Positions 22,900 to 36,200 of a stretch of DNA of 64,000 bases are shown here, one piece after another. Location: NCBI GenBank assembly GCA_028534125.1, contig CM052847.1, positions 14,012,001 to 14,076,000 of the forward strand, read 5' to 3'. The stretch is from Lama glama (Eukaryota). Made by a program: the position numbers and the translations under genes. The notes under the pieces were generated by a model. The model saw only the letters and a list, made by a program, of their open reading frames with translations. It ran no database searches and was not told the DNA's origin. Positions within the stretch are counted from its first letter, which is position 1. Every line of letters starts with the position of its first letter.

Positions 22900-24570
22900 C
22901 TCCATCTTCATTCCCTCTCCTCCCATTTTCCTCCGAACCAATGAGGCTTTCCACTTCTCACCAAAACCCTGTTCTCAAAAACCTCTGGACAGCCAACACC
23001 AATGGGCAGTTCCCACCTGTCCCACCCAAAGCATCTCACTCCACTGAGTCCTCCCGTCTTGAAACATTCTCCTCACATGGACCCAGGCCCCTACTCTTGG
23101 CTCTCCTAACTCACTAGCCACTTTTTCCCAAGATCCTTGACTAGATTACTCTCCTCTTCCAGGATGTGCAGGGCTCAGTGCTCAGACATTAGTCCTCATT
23201 CCCTACTGATCTCATCAAATCTTCTGAATCTAAACATCACATATGCAGCAATGACCCCAAATTTCCATTTACAACTGCCTCCTTTCCTTGGACTCCAGAC
23301 TCTCGTAACTGCTTAGTCCACCTCTCACTTGAACATCTAAACACTCACTTTCGTATGTCATGACAGACTGTTTTCTCCCTAAAACCTGCTGTTTGTCTTA
23401 GTCTTCCAAATCTCTGTAAAAGCCAACATCCAACTGCAAAGTCCCACAAACCAGGCTGGTTGGTTCCATCTTCAAAATACACAGCCCCAGACAGTTTCCC
23501 ACTACGTTTATCATGGAGACACCAGCAGCTCCTCCCTGGGCCACTCCAGGAGCTTCCCAGCTTGGACTTTTGCTGCCACCCCCACCCTCAACATACACAG
23601 ACTGGTTTCCACACAGCAGCTAAACTAATCTTTTAAAATGTGAATTACTGTCATGTCACTGTTGTGTTCAAAGCCCAATTAATTCCTTTTTTAAAAAAAT
23701 CAACTGTACTTCAATTAAAAAGCAAACAACCAACCAACCAAACCATTTAAAATATGGGCAGAAGAACTGAACAGTCTTCCAAAAAAGGAAACACAGATGG
23801 CCAACAGAAACATGAAAAGTTGGTCAACATCACTAATATTAGGGAAATGCAAATCAAAATTGCAATGAGACATTATCTCACACCTGTCAGAATGGCCATC
23901 ATCAACAACCCTCCAATTAATTCTTTAAAATAATCCTGAAGGAAACAATGAAGATATATGACGTAAGATTTTTTAACTGGATAATTATTAAAGCTAGGCA
24001 ATCAGTATGCTATACTCTCTTCTTCTGGTACACTTGAAAATGTCCATAAAGGAAGATTTTTAAAAAAAAAATCACCAATGGCTTTTCCATCACCCTTGTG
24101 ATAAACCTAAACCCCCTGCCACAGACAGACAAACCAGGCAGCCCCCGCCTTTCCAGATGGCTGGTGGCTCCCCTCCGCACGAACCCCCTCCCTGCAGTCA
24201 CGCAGCCTTCCTTCTACTTTGAAACATAAACACGTGCCCAGCTGAGGTCTTTTACAACTGCTGGCCCCTCCACCTTGAACATGTTTTCTCTTCCATGCCC
24301 CATCTCAAAAAGTCATGCTCCTTCAACTTTTATTCAGATCTGTGCTTAAGTCGCCCGCGCAGCGCCTGGCCCATCCTACCTGAAACAGCTCCCCAAACTG
24401 TCCTCCATCCCCTGGTCCTGCTTTATTTTCCTTCCCAGTTCTCACCCTACCAGCAAGTAACTATTTGTCATCCATTTCCCCTATCAGAACAAAGCTGCAC
24501 GACAACACAAAGTCTGGTTCAGCAGTGTATACAGGAGCACCAGAGCACACGCTCCGTGTGTCCATGAATC
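22900..24570 (+). mobile_element. L2 fragments, interrupted by L1 pieces at ~23690-24065
   Basis: gactccagactc; tccacctctcacttgaacatctaa; ttccacacagcagc.aa..taatcttttaaaatgt.aat; tgctattttcctt-like L2 3' region. Confidence 0.6.
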
Positions 24571-24749
24571 AACGTCAGGTCAGTGCAGGGTCACAGACGA
24601 CACTAAACAGCAAGACAAACTGTTCTTGGACTGCACGTCCCATAACGTTACTTCACAAAGTGGGTAATCTACCCCACGCTGATTATCTATTATAGCTTGG
24701 ATCACCTGCTCCTAATAAAGACCAAATATTATCAAAAGGAAGAACTTAC

Positions 24750-24846
24750 TGGTGTGAGCTGTTGTGAATTTAACAACTGCTGGAATTGCTGTTGATGAAG
24801 AAATATTTGTCTTTGCTGGTCAGAAAGTAATCCTAGTCCTGAGGCA
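24750..24846 (-). CDS. MLLT10: MLLT10 exon (97 nt; (S)ASGLGLLSDQQRQIFLHQQQFQQLLNSQQLTP)
   Basis: tttttcAG acceptor and GTaagt donor; Gln-rich AF10 C-terminal region. Confidence 0.95.
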
Positions 24847-25887
24847 CTGAAAAACGATGAAAATTCTTAACTTTCTACTGTATACCTTTAATGCTTTTTT
24901 CATTGTTAAAAAAAGACAATTTTTCAATTTGATGTTTAATAAGTTAAGTTTCTAAGCACAACACTTCATGGAAACAACGATGTACAAAGTTATTATTTCT
25001 CTCTCTCTCACTGCGCACACACAGGTAAACAAGAATTCACATCGTCTGGAAGTGTTTTGTTTTCCTTTTCTTTGGTAAACCAAGCAGGCACTAAGTTGTT
25101 TTGTGGAATAGAAATTTATACATGTTATTAAACATGCACATGTAACAATTTATTTTTAATTATTCAAGGGTAATTTAACCCACACTAAATAACACATATT
25201 TAAAACAAAGTAAGAAACCAAACATACTGATTGACTTGACCTAACTTTTTTTAAATGGTCCCAGTGGTCGGTAAAACTAAGCAATAATGAAAAGAGAGTC
25301 AGAAGAAATAGTTTACTAGCATCCACTGCAAATCCATTTAAAATGACTTTTTCCTCAAAAGTATGTGCAATAACAACATGGCTTTGCCATTCAATGAAAT
25401 TCTAGTACAATGAAACAGTGTCTCACTCCCTGCAAATTCAAGATAAATACTTGACCTTCATCTTACATCAAAATCTTTGACTATAAAGCTAACAAGATTA
25501 CATAGCTGAACTTTAAGAAACCAATATTCATATGTGATCTTCATTATAATATTACTTTTCTCCAGAATTTACGATACACGGAGGCAATATACAAGGGGTA
25601 AGAGAAATCAGCATTTAGAACAGACACCACAACTCAAGACTGAAATTTTCAGCACAGAATGTATTTAATGCTTTGTTACTAAAAGTGACAATTTTCTTTT
25701 AATCTGAATTACTTAAGTTTCAAAAATATATGGCTCTTGGCATAATATATTTAGTTTAAAAGCTTGGTGGATTTTAATTTCTTAGAATACATCTACAAGG
25801 AACACATTAAAAAATCCCAGCCTAAAGCCTGGACAGCACTGGTACCATGCTGCACTAAAAAACCCAAAAGACAGTTAAGTTTCTTAC

Positions 25888-26249
25888 CTGTTAGTCAGTG
25901 TAGCTGGCATTGGATGTGTTGCATTAGGTGGTACAGTTGTATGGGTGAGGGGGGCAGGGTTCTGGGATATTGTGACAGGGGTCTGAATAACCCCATTTAA
26001 AGCTCCCACAATGCCATTAATTGCCAGTTGGTTACCTGGCAAAGCTCCAATTATTCCACCCACTCCAGGCACGGCAGGGATGGTGGATGTTACAGTCTGC
26101 ATTCCACTAGCCAGTGCCCCCACTGTCACACCATTGACCTGCTGAACTCCACTAACGCCTGAGCCCTGCTGAGCTGGACTCTGCCCGGCAGGAGGTGGAG
26201 TAGAAAGAGCCGATGAACTGCTGGTGCTTTGTCCACTGGAGGTTAAGTC
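25888..26249 (-). CDS. MLLT10: MLLT10 exon (362 nt; DLTSSGQSTSSSSALSTPPPAGQ...HPMPATLTN(S))
   Basis: ORF 25884-26129 extends upstream to a gttAG acceptor; GTaaga donor; 134-nt upstream intron. Confidence 0.96.
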
Positions 26250-26383
26250 CTAACATAAGGAAGCACAGGAACTAAGTTATAAACAGCACAGCAAACTGTT
26301 TAAAATAATTTTAAACCATTTAACATGATACACTATTGTTCGTAAATAAAACACACAAATGAAACTAACCACACCGAAATTAC

Positions 26384-26472
26384 CTGATTTAATACAGGAA
26401 GAGAATTATCAGGTAAAAAGCTATTTCCTAGATGAGGACTCTTACTGCTGTTCAAGGAATCAGTAGTAGGAG
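26384..26472 (-). CDS. MLLT10: MLLT10 exon (89 nt; (A)PTTDSLNSSKSPHLGNSFLPDNSLPVLNQ)
   Basis: ttctAG acceptor and GTaatt donor; phase 1 to 0. Confidence 0.95.
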
Positions 26473-26881
26473 CTAGAACAGAAAAAGACAAAAAGAAACC
26501 TATTTACCCCGTTAAATTACATTATGTATAAGATTAAAGGCTTATCTAAAAGCTTATCCAGAAGCCCACATTAAAAACACTTAAATATTAAATCTTGCCA
26601 TTCTTAAGACCAATTAAAATGGAAAAATCTATATCTCTATTGAATACCACGGCTTTAAATCAATAGAGATCATTACATACTTAAATAAATTTTATCATTA
26701 AATTCTGTACTACAGAGTTAGAGCAAATTCAAATTGATCACTTAACAGGATTCTTCATGCTCCTATCATTCCTTTTTTACATCTTCATACAACTGGTGAC
26801 CAGTTATTACTCACTTATCATAAAAAAAGATACTTAAAGTCTATCTCACTTTCCTCAGAACCACAATAAATTCATACTTAC

Positions 26882-27070
26882 CATTCTGTGCTGAAAATGC
26901 ATGCATTTGATGAGATGGGCTAGGATTTGTTGTTATTGTTGGAAAAGGCACTGAGAGCTGTGCATTCAATAATTGAAGGCGTTCCTTTTTGGCAGTCAAG
27001 TTTTTAATCTGTTCCTCTAATCTTCGATTTTCAACTTGAAGTTGGTGTAATGACTTCAGCATTCCTAAAA
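26882..27070 (-). CDS. MLLT10: MLLT10 leucine-zipper exon (189 nt; OM-LZ, DOT1L-binding; (I)LGMLKSLHQLQVENRRLEEQIKNLTAKKERLQLLNAQLSVPFP...)
   Basis: ORF 26841-27077. ttgctAG acceptor and GTaagt donor; leucine heptads typical of AF10/AF17. Confidence 0.97.
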
Positions 27071-27624
27071 CTAGCAAACATTTGGATGATTTTTTAATAA
27101 AGACAGGACTAGGTATTTTATGGACTTAAGTGTCAATAACTTTGGAAATAAAATTAAAAAATTAGAAATTCTGTAAAGCACTTCTAAATGACTAGGTTTT
27201 ATTACAAAATTTATATGTAGAAAGAAATATACCATAATGTATTTATACCTATATTGTGGTATATTTAAGTATAAAGGAATATTGGTCATAGATATACTGT
27301 CTAGAAATGCTGCTGACACATACCAAAAAAAAAAAAAAAAACCCAAAACCCAAAACCCACCTGGGTTCAGGCAATTTCCATTCTCAAAGAAAAATGACAA
27401 GACCGTTTTCATCAAAATAAAAACCTGATTAACAATCCAAAGTGTTTGCCATGATTTTTCATTAAAATCATATTTAAAATGGCAAAGAATCACACCAATA
27501 TCTTTTGCCACAACGAAGAGCACAAGGGTTTGTCTGCTGCTTGGTCTTAACCAATTGAGCCACCGGCCAGAGGCCAGCGGTCGAGGCCCCTCAGAGCCCA
27601 GCGCTCGGCCTGCGGATCTGCTCG

Positions 27625-27643
27625 CCCCCAGCAGGGGGCAGTG
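27625..27643 (+). promoter_or_regulatory. Candidate CTCF site
   Basis: ccccCAGCAGGGGGCAGTG fits the CCASYAGRKGGCR core and sits in a small CpG-rich island within an AT-rich intron. Confidence 0.55.
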
Positions 27644-28579
27644 TGTGTGCACCGCAACCCCAGCTCCGGCTCCCAGGGAAGCGCATCCTCTCCCGCAGGC
27701 TCAGCTTCTGTCCTGCCTCCTCATCTCAAACACCCTTCCCACTCCTTCCACAGCTCGGACCTCTCAATTGACAGATGGCACAGCGGCTGTGTGATGCCGC
27801 GGTGATGGACACTTTAAAAGTTCTACGTATTATAAAGTTGTGTTTGTTTAACATGCCCTCAGGGCCTTCAAAAAACACAATTCTGCTGGTACAGACACAT
27901 ACGGTCATTTCCCAAGGATTTAACTTTTATCCCTCCTCTTCAAGATCCCACAAAGAAACCCTTAGTGTACCCAAATGAGATGCAGGAAGACTGAGCTAAA
28001 CCTGTCCTCCAGCTATCATGTTTAAAGGATTATCCCGGCATGAACTTCCTCACAATTGACATTTTTTGTCAGAGCACCATTCATAAAAATACCAATTTAT
28101 GGCACCTGTCTAACACTAAGCAAAATATTTGGTTCTGTTTTAAAACATAAAGCAGCAAAAGCTTTAAACCCAAATGATCTAAAAAAAAAAAAAAAAAAAA
28201 CCTATTTCCCCCCCAAATATACATCCTCAACAATAGGCCACTTCTCTAGCTAACCCACCTGGAGTAGCTGGTTTTTGTTTTTCATGGGGTTTTTTGGGGC
28301 ATTTTCCACCCATGACTCTCCCTAATACTTAAAATTGTAAAGACACTAAATACATACATGTAGTATATATTATATAATTTAATAAGTAAATGATATAGAT
28401 AAGATGTAAGTCATATATATATAATTTAGTAATTATTATTCAAGCAATGAAACTAAAAGAAGCTGTTAACTCATGAATTTTAGTAAAACTTAAAAACTGA
28501 TTAGAACAAAGTACAGTGGAGAAATAAAGTACTAACATTTTAATAATTATAAACAGTAACAAGAACCAGTGAACAGATA

Positions 28580-28790
28580 AATGTTTTCTATGAGCCAGGC
28601 AATGTTCTTTATGTCTTTTATGTCATTTAATCTTCAAAACAATACTACGATATAGGTACATTATTATTCCCATTCTACAAATGGAAACTAAAACATCTGG
28701 TTATTAAGAAACTTGCCCAAGATCATACTGTTAATAGCAGGTTAAGATAGTCCAAGCAGTCAAACTGTAGAGTTGGCTCTATTAAACTAC
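28580..28790 (-). mobile_element. MIR SINE relic
   Basis: tcatttaatcttcaaaacaa; attattattcccattctacaaatggaaact; aacttgcccaagatcata. Confidence 0.65.
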
Positions 28791-28954
28791 TACGTTACAT
28801 TTTCTCACTGTATTATATAAAACATGTATCATAATTTCAGTGCTATTCTTGATAAAGTGTGACTTCTACATGTGTCCAACTGTCTGCCTGTTCATCCATC
28901 CGCCCATCCATCCATCTACTGATCCTTCTTTAAAGACAAGAAAAGCATACTTAC

Positions 28955-29109
28955 TGTCACTAGGAGTGCCCTGTTCTNNNNNNNNNNNNNNNNNNNNNNN
29001 NNNNNNNNNNNNNNNNNNNNNNNNNNNNNNNNNNNNNNNNNNNNNNNNNNNNNNNNNNNNNNNNNNNNNNNNNNNNNNNNNNNNNNNNNNNNNNNNNNNN
29101 NNNNNNNNN
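28955..29109 (-). CDS. MLLT10: MLLT10 octapeptide-motif exon, mostly hidden in an N-run (visible 3' end EQGTPSD)
   Basis: Visible 28955-28977 reads ...gaa cag ggc act cct agt gac a|GTaagt. The 5' boundary (29109) is inferred from a recalled 155-nt orthologous exon and lies inside N 28978-29125. Confidence 0.8.
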
Positions 29110-31710
29110 NNNNNNNNNNNNNNNNTCCTCAGGTTAAACAGAAGGAGGACCCTTTGAAGGAAGCACACTCACGTTTCTCACCTTATGCTGACCCTTCTCC
29201 CGTACAAGTTTTCTAACACTAGGCTGCCTATGCTAGAACGATAAAACCATAATCTACCCTAAAATTTAGTAATTACCACACTTCCTCCCCAAAACGTAAA
29301 AATCAAGGAACTAGCCAGCCATACTTGATAATTAAAAACCACTAGAAAGTATGAACACACCACCAATAATCTCCAAAACAGGTTGTAAAAGAAATGGATT
29401 CATCTTTATAAGACAAAAGGGGGAAAGAGGGGATTAGAAAGACTTCAAAATAATTAGCTTAGAAGAGCAGAGAGTTCCACCATTCTGCTTTAATATGCAA
29501 AATATCAGAACACTGCACAACTATAATAAGGTAGAGAGCGTTTTAATTTACAACCACAAAATCTCAAATATCAGTAAAAAGAATTTTTTAAACAATTTTG
29601 AAGGAGTCTTTTGATACAAATTCAAAAATACTTATTTTCAACTATTTTCAGTATTAGGGAACATTATCAAGACCAAAGCAATTTTTATCTGAGTGCTATA
29701 TACACAGTTTTTTCTAAAATGTCTTAGATGTGTATTTCAAATGATAACAACTTAATCAACTCTTCCAAAACAAAAAACCACTTATATTAAGATGAACATG
29801 TAATGTTCTCTCATCAACGTTTTGTTTTAAATTAGTATATGTGGCCACTTCTGGTCTCCAGCCTCCATCTTAACACTTACTAACATTATTTACTAAGGAG
29901 CTTTAGAGAGTCCAGTGTTTCCACGTGATTATGATCTTCACAACACCCCAGTGAGAAGTCAAAACCTGCCTCACTGGCTCCATCTATCTATCTCCCATCC
30001 TCTATCTGAGCAAACAAGATGGGGCTTAAGTGACTTGTCTGAAGACGTGCTGCTGGAGATAGGGCTGGGCGACAGCCCAGGCCTTCCAGAAGCCCGCTGG
30101 TGCTCTGTCGCTGCTGTAACACACTTCTCTGCAAATATCTCTTTAAAAAGAAGTTAAACAAATGAGCCTTTTTATTCCATATGTAAACATCATGTGCTGC
30201 TTACAGCTGCCTATCCCTTTCCAAATAGTTCATTATTGCCAGGATAATTTGGGCTATTACATTTCAGACTGATTTTTAAAAGGTAATATGAAGTTGGAAA
30301 TAAATGCTAAAAATAATTTAGTGCCATGTATTGTGTTAAATCCCATTTAGCTAATGAAATTTAAATAATGAAACACAAAGAACTACACAATGCAAAATAG
30401 CACTAGGAATCTTGAATAATTTCTGGATAGATTGTAAGATATTTTAAGTTTAAAAGTGGAACACAGAAATGCTTCCTCCACTAAATATATGAGCAAAACA
30501 ATTCCGTTAACTTTCTTCTTTGAAAAAAAGAATAAAAGAGTAGAAGGAACATAAAATTACAGACTGGTCAGATGATGTTGTCACTGTGTACTTCAGATTC
30601 CTAGTTTCAGAAGAATATTTAATTTTCTGCAGAGTTCAGTTAGGAAAAACAATACTCCCTTTAGTTCACCCAGGGATTATCTAGGGGAAGAGGCACTACT
30701 GATACACCACTAGAAAGCAGCAAAATTAGAGGTTATTGGGCTAATCTATCAATAGATGTTCCGAAACACCTAGACATTCCCAAATGTATATGGCAGTCAT
30801 CACATAAAATTTTAATTTTTAATAGAATTTTAAAATTCCCATAGTTGAAAAAAGATTCTTGAATGGGCTTCTTCTTCCGCTCTCCATTCTCACCCAATCT
30901 AACACCACAATTGAGGCAGAGTTTATAAAGTTGAAGAACAGAGAGAAAACAAACTAGAAAAAGGTATAGAAGTTGAGAATGAATAAAATTAATAAAAAGG
31001 TAGCCAGAGCCTAATGTTCCATTCTATTCCATAACCAACACAGGACTGCCTACTCCCCTTCCCCCATCAAGAACAGGAGACGTGGGGCACTTAAGATTGT
31101 GCTCAGAGAATTTCAACACTTTCAGCCTAACCCTGGCTAATGTCCTGCTGGCAGGAATAACCTCACGTATACTATGTATTAATAAATGGTACCTGAATTC
31201 TTTCATATAATATCTAAGGTAATTTCAGAGAACAATGTACTGTATTTGCTATACTTTGCTTTGAACAATTTTAAGAACTAGAGGCATTTAGAGATGAGCC
31301 ACAAGAATTTCATTTACTGAATTAGGAACTAGAGACTAAAGGATTAAGTACATTGCCCACAACATAGGTAAAACTGGAACCCAAAGTTGAAAGCCTGGAT
31401 TCTGAAACTTTAAGAGATTTTAAGACTATTTTATGACCAAAAAGAATTACTCAAATTAATGCACTGACAGTACCAGATTAGAAATCTAAGCAAAGGTATG
31501 TCTTTTATAAACCTTAGAAATCTAACCATGTGTTTAAGTTAATATTCAAATTAATTTAGAATCATTTTTCTTGACTGTCCAGACACGCCTCTTATCTACA
31601 GAATGCTTTTATAGCCTCACAAATGTACACTCTGCTGATATGAGATAAAGAAGTTTCCAAATCTTAAAATGTTTTCTTTGCCTATACTTTGCAGTGCAAA
31701 TAATGCTTAC

Positions 31711-31783
31711 CGTGGTGAGAGACTTCCTCGGGGGGAGCTTCCTCTGCCAACAAGGCCACGGCTATTGTCTCCAAGATCTTGAT
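31711..31783 (-). CDS. MLLT10: MLLT10 exon (73 nt; (D)QDLGDNSRGLVGRGSSPRGSLSP(R))
   Basis: ctgcAG acceptor and GTaagc donor; phase 1 to 2. Confidence 0.95.
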
Positions 31784-33132
31784 CTGCAGTGTAAATATTT
31801 CATAGCTGATAAAGTGACCCTCAGTAGATAAGATGTTTTAAGCTCTTGCCCTGATTTTCCCTAAAACATACATAAAACCTTCAGCACTATCTTTGCAGTT
31901 ACTATGAAAGAAGAAGACCTAGTATGTTGCTAGATCAGCACTGCTGAACTGCGGCATGTAAGGCGTTGTCCCTACATGTTTTTGGTGGGTGTAGGAGGCC
32001 GTGGATTATGTTCCATTCTCTCATTCCTTTCAGTTTTACAGCGCAGAAGCGTGGTTNNNNNNNNNNNNNNNNNNNNNNNNNNNNNNNNNNNNNNNNNNNN
32101 NNNNNNNNNNNNNNNNNNNNNNNNNNNNNNNNNNNNNNNNNNNNNNNNNNNNNNNNNNNNNNNNNNNNNNNNNNNNNNNNNNNNNNNNNNNNNNNNNNNN
32201 NNNNAAATACACAGTGAATTACACAGAGCCACACACCAGGACTACAATTTTATATATATTACACAGATCTTCATACCAAGAATAAAGTTACTCATAACAC
32301 TAAATACCAAATTGACAAAAACAAGTAGGAATAAAGAATTCTGTATTGAAAAGGGAAAAGAAATTAATTTCTTCAAAATATTCCTTAAGTAACACCAAAT
32401 ATCTCTGAAAAATAACTTGTGTTTCTCCCCCTACAGTTAGTTCCTTATAAAATCACCCTATCTGGCCTCTTTCAAGGTTGTCCTCCCCTTATTCTGAGTC
32501 AGGTAACCTCTGACCCTTGAAGGGTAAAGACACGACTGATCCATTCTTGGTGAACTGCTAAACTCATCCCCTTCCCCCAAATAGGCATGACTACTTGGAC
32601 ATGTCAACAAATCCTTAAGGATGGAATGAAACAAAGCAAATCCAGTGGCTGATTAAAACAGTACAAGAGGCAAATGCTACAAAATGTCAACTGGTAAAAA
32701 TTCACAGGATTACTAAACACTGTAGAAATTCTCTAACAGGATTTTTTTTTTTAACCAAGTTTGTGTAATGCAATTTCATGAATTATGCAAATAAGGGTTG
32801 AGGCTATTCACAGGGAAGCCCAGTGTTATGTTACTTTCATTGCACAGAACTAAGAACTGAGCACATCAATCAGAAAAGTCACAGGAGACACTAGCATTCC
32901 TGCCTGCTGACGGCTCTGCTTCAACATTTACATTTCAGACAGTAAAAAAGCACCACTATTTTGCAGCACAGCATACTTACAACTGTGATTCTTTTGGTTT
33001 AAAAAAAACAAAAAGGGCACAATCCTGTATTAACCTTTAGACTTCTCAAATAAAAGGAGCTGATGGGGTAAAAATTACACTGGGGGAGGGAAAGAGAACT
33101 TTATAGAGTTTTAAAAATTCTTGAAAACGTAC

Positions 33133-33250
33133 CTGTTTGATTGCTTTCAGACTGAGCTATAAGAGCTGCCATTGATGAACTGGGATTTAATCTACTGCCG
33201 TACATATGAGACTGTGCCTGACCAAGAGAAGATCCAGACAGGGCATTTGC
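33133..33250 (-). CDS. MLLT10: MLLT10 exon (118 nt; ANALSGSSLGQAQSHMYGSRLNPSSSMAALIAQSESNQT)
   Basis: tttAG acceptor and GTacgt donor; phase 0 to 1; AF10-like peptide. Confidence 0.94.
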
Positions 33251-36200
33251 CTAAATGAAAAGAATAACAAAGATACATGAATTACGTTTAAAAATATCTT
33301 TCGCTCCTAATAGACCTAGTAACTATTTTCCCCAACCTAACAATGCAAGAAACAATTCCTGACTTTCTGAGAAGCAAATTTCATTCTTACTTGTTTTACC
33401 ATTCCAACATTCCAATTTCTGAAAAGTCACATAATCTTAAAAAAAAAAAAAAAGTATTGGCACAAAGTTCATTATTCATGCTTTAATTTCAAAGTATCTA
33501 TTCGATACCAAAACCAGCGGCATGGTAACCATGTGAACATACAACTAGTTATTTAATCTTATTAAACCATGTACAAAATAAGGGAAGGTAGACAACAGAT
33601 GTCTAACAAACGCTTCAGCCTCTTACATCACAGGCCAGCTGAGAAGGTCAAAGGTCCAACTTCTACTTCCAGTGTTTCAACTACGCAGAGCCATNNNNNN
33701 NNNNNNNNNNNNNNNNNNNNNNNNNNNNNNNNNNNNNNNNNNNNNNNNNNNNNNNNNNNNNNNNNNNNNNNNNNNNNNNNNNNNNNNNNNNNNNNNNNNN
33801 NNNNNNNNNNNNNNNNNNNNNNNNNNNNNNNNNNNNNNNNNNNNNNNNNNNNNNNNNNNNNNNNNNNNNNNNNNNNNNNNNNNNNNNNNNNNNNNNNNNN
33901 NNNNNNNNNNNNNNCCAGCTCTACGAACTGAAGAGCTGGTCCACAGTTTGTAATTCATTCATGTTGCTAACCACAATTCTGAAGGCCTCTACTGGGACTT
34001 GTGCCAAACAAGCGAAAATGAACCCTTAAACAGATGAAGTTAAGGAGGCTGGCCAAAGTCTTGCGTAATCCAATGTAATAAAAATGCCTTCTTTGATGTG
34101 AACACTTTCTCCCACTTTCCAAGAATATTATAACCTTAAAATGTGGCATTTTGGAAGCAAATCTCTTGTACACAAAACACTGTTACTCAGAAGAGGCTAT
34201 TACTACTCTGAAATACTCTTCAGATTTAACAGAACCACAAATTTTAAAGTAGATTTCTTTTTCTTTTTCGTGAATGAAATCAAACTTAAGCTTTTATAAA
34301 ACAAAATTACTGTATAGTTATTACAGAACAAAATTCTGAAAAATAACTTCAGAGTTGAAGCACTTTTAAGATAAAGAGGCTGAATAACAGCAGAACAAAA
34401 GATGTGGGACATTCTGCCACGTATAACGGCACACAAGGGATCAAGACAACACCGCAGCTACAACGAGCAAAATACTACAGAGAATAAACTGTTTCTGGAA
34501 AGACTCAGACCCTGACATTACATGTGGCCTCTAGCCAATTTATTAAGCATAAAATTTGGACTTTACAATTCACAGAACTAGTCCTTGTGATGTAGAATCC
34601 TGTCCCTGCTTTCCATTGTTTCCATGGGTGTATTTCATAGTTCACACTGTACTGTCCAAGTTCAATAGGCCAATTTCTGGTTTCATTTTTCCTTTTATTA
34701 AAGTCATGCACACAAAGTCAGTAAGTTTGGATGATACAATCCTGTTCAACAGTCAATTAGCCCTCAGTTAAAGCTAAATCATCACTTCAACCTAAAGATC
34801 ACAAAAGATACTCAACCATGTAGAGAGTACATAAAACATGAGCCTAAAATAGAAATACAGGAAGTTTTTTTCCAACCTCTCCAGAAGTTAACTACCTGGG
34901 GATCTTGGCTACGCATAAAATAACTTAGAACAAGAAAAATCCAGATATTACCAATCCTCCATGTTAAAATCTTAGGCATCTTATACTTAAAAATGCCCTT
35001 TGCAGAGCCAATTTACTCTTACTCTAGACATAATTCTAAAAAGATCAAGTAAACAACATAGAACAGATTAGAAGTGGAAAATTAATTAGGAAAAGAAAGA
35101 AAAAGTAATGTGTGGAGACATTTTGTTGCAGCAAGAAGTAACTGCTGACGGCAAGAGGAATACAAGCAAGGACGAGCACCTTCCCCAGCGCTGGTGGACG
35201 GGGCTCCGAGCACGTGGACATCGGACGCGGCGGCACCTCTGCACCTGTGCCTGCACCTTTGACTCTTCGTGTCTGTGCAAAAGCCCAGCTGGACCACTTT
35301 TTCAGTTCCCATCATCAGTTTTATGAGCTCAAATTATCTTACTTTCCCAATCACACACTATGCCCACTGTACAAAAGGAGCAAAATGCAAAGCAGCACAG
35401 CATAAATGATTTACATAATGACTACCACCAGGAAGAGGATAAATCATCTTTAATGTAATTCCAAAGCAGGAAAGTATATATTTTATAAAGACAGCAGGCA
35501 AAAGTAAAATTTATAATAAAATAATAAAATGAATTGAAAGTACATTCTTCATTATTCTGAATGGCCAATTTCCCAAATTTTCTGAATGTGTAAAAACTAT
35601 CTGGTAGTTTTGTTTTAAAAAATTATTGTATTTATTTAAACAAGAAACTTTCAAAAGAGACTGAAACTAAGTTACTAATTTTATGAGATAGGGTTTTGTG
35701 GTATATGAAACTATCTACACCGGTCTACATTAAAATCCAGGTCATTACCATCATTTCAAGCAGGTAACATTAGTTACCAAAAAGACCCCACAAATGCCTG
35801 ACACTGCTTGGCTAACACTTCTGAAATGATATTTACAATGGTTACTTCCGGAAACTCTCAGTAACTCTATGGGCACCACAGGCCCAAGAAACTCCCAACA
35901 TCTCAGCGAAAAGCTTCTATGACTTAGTAGCAATAAAGAAGAGTAAGATAGAGAGCAGGGAAGATATGGACAGCTTATGAGGAGAGGACACACATAATGA
36001 CCAGCATTTTTCAGACTCAAAAAAACCTCTGTTATTAAAAGGTGAAAGCACTAAGACTCATGGAAGTCCATGTGAACCCACAGCAACAGTGGTTATGAAG
36101 CAAAAAGGGCACTGAAAGCTTTTGTATAAAAGGAATCTGGAATGAGGAATAAAGGAAACCATACATACATACTTCTCCACAGCATATTTTGGAAATAGAT

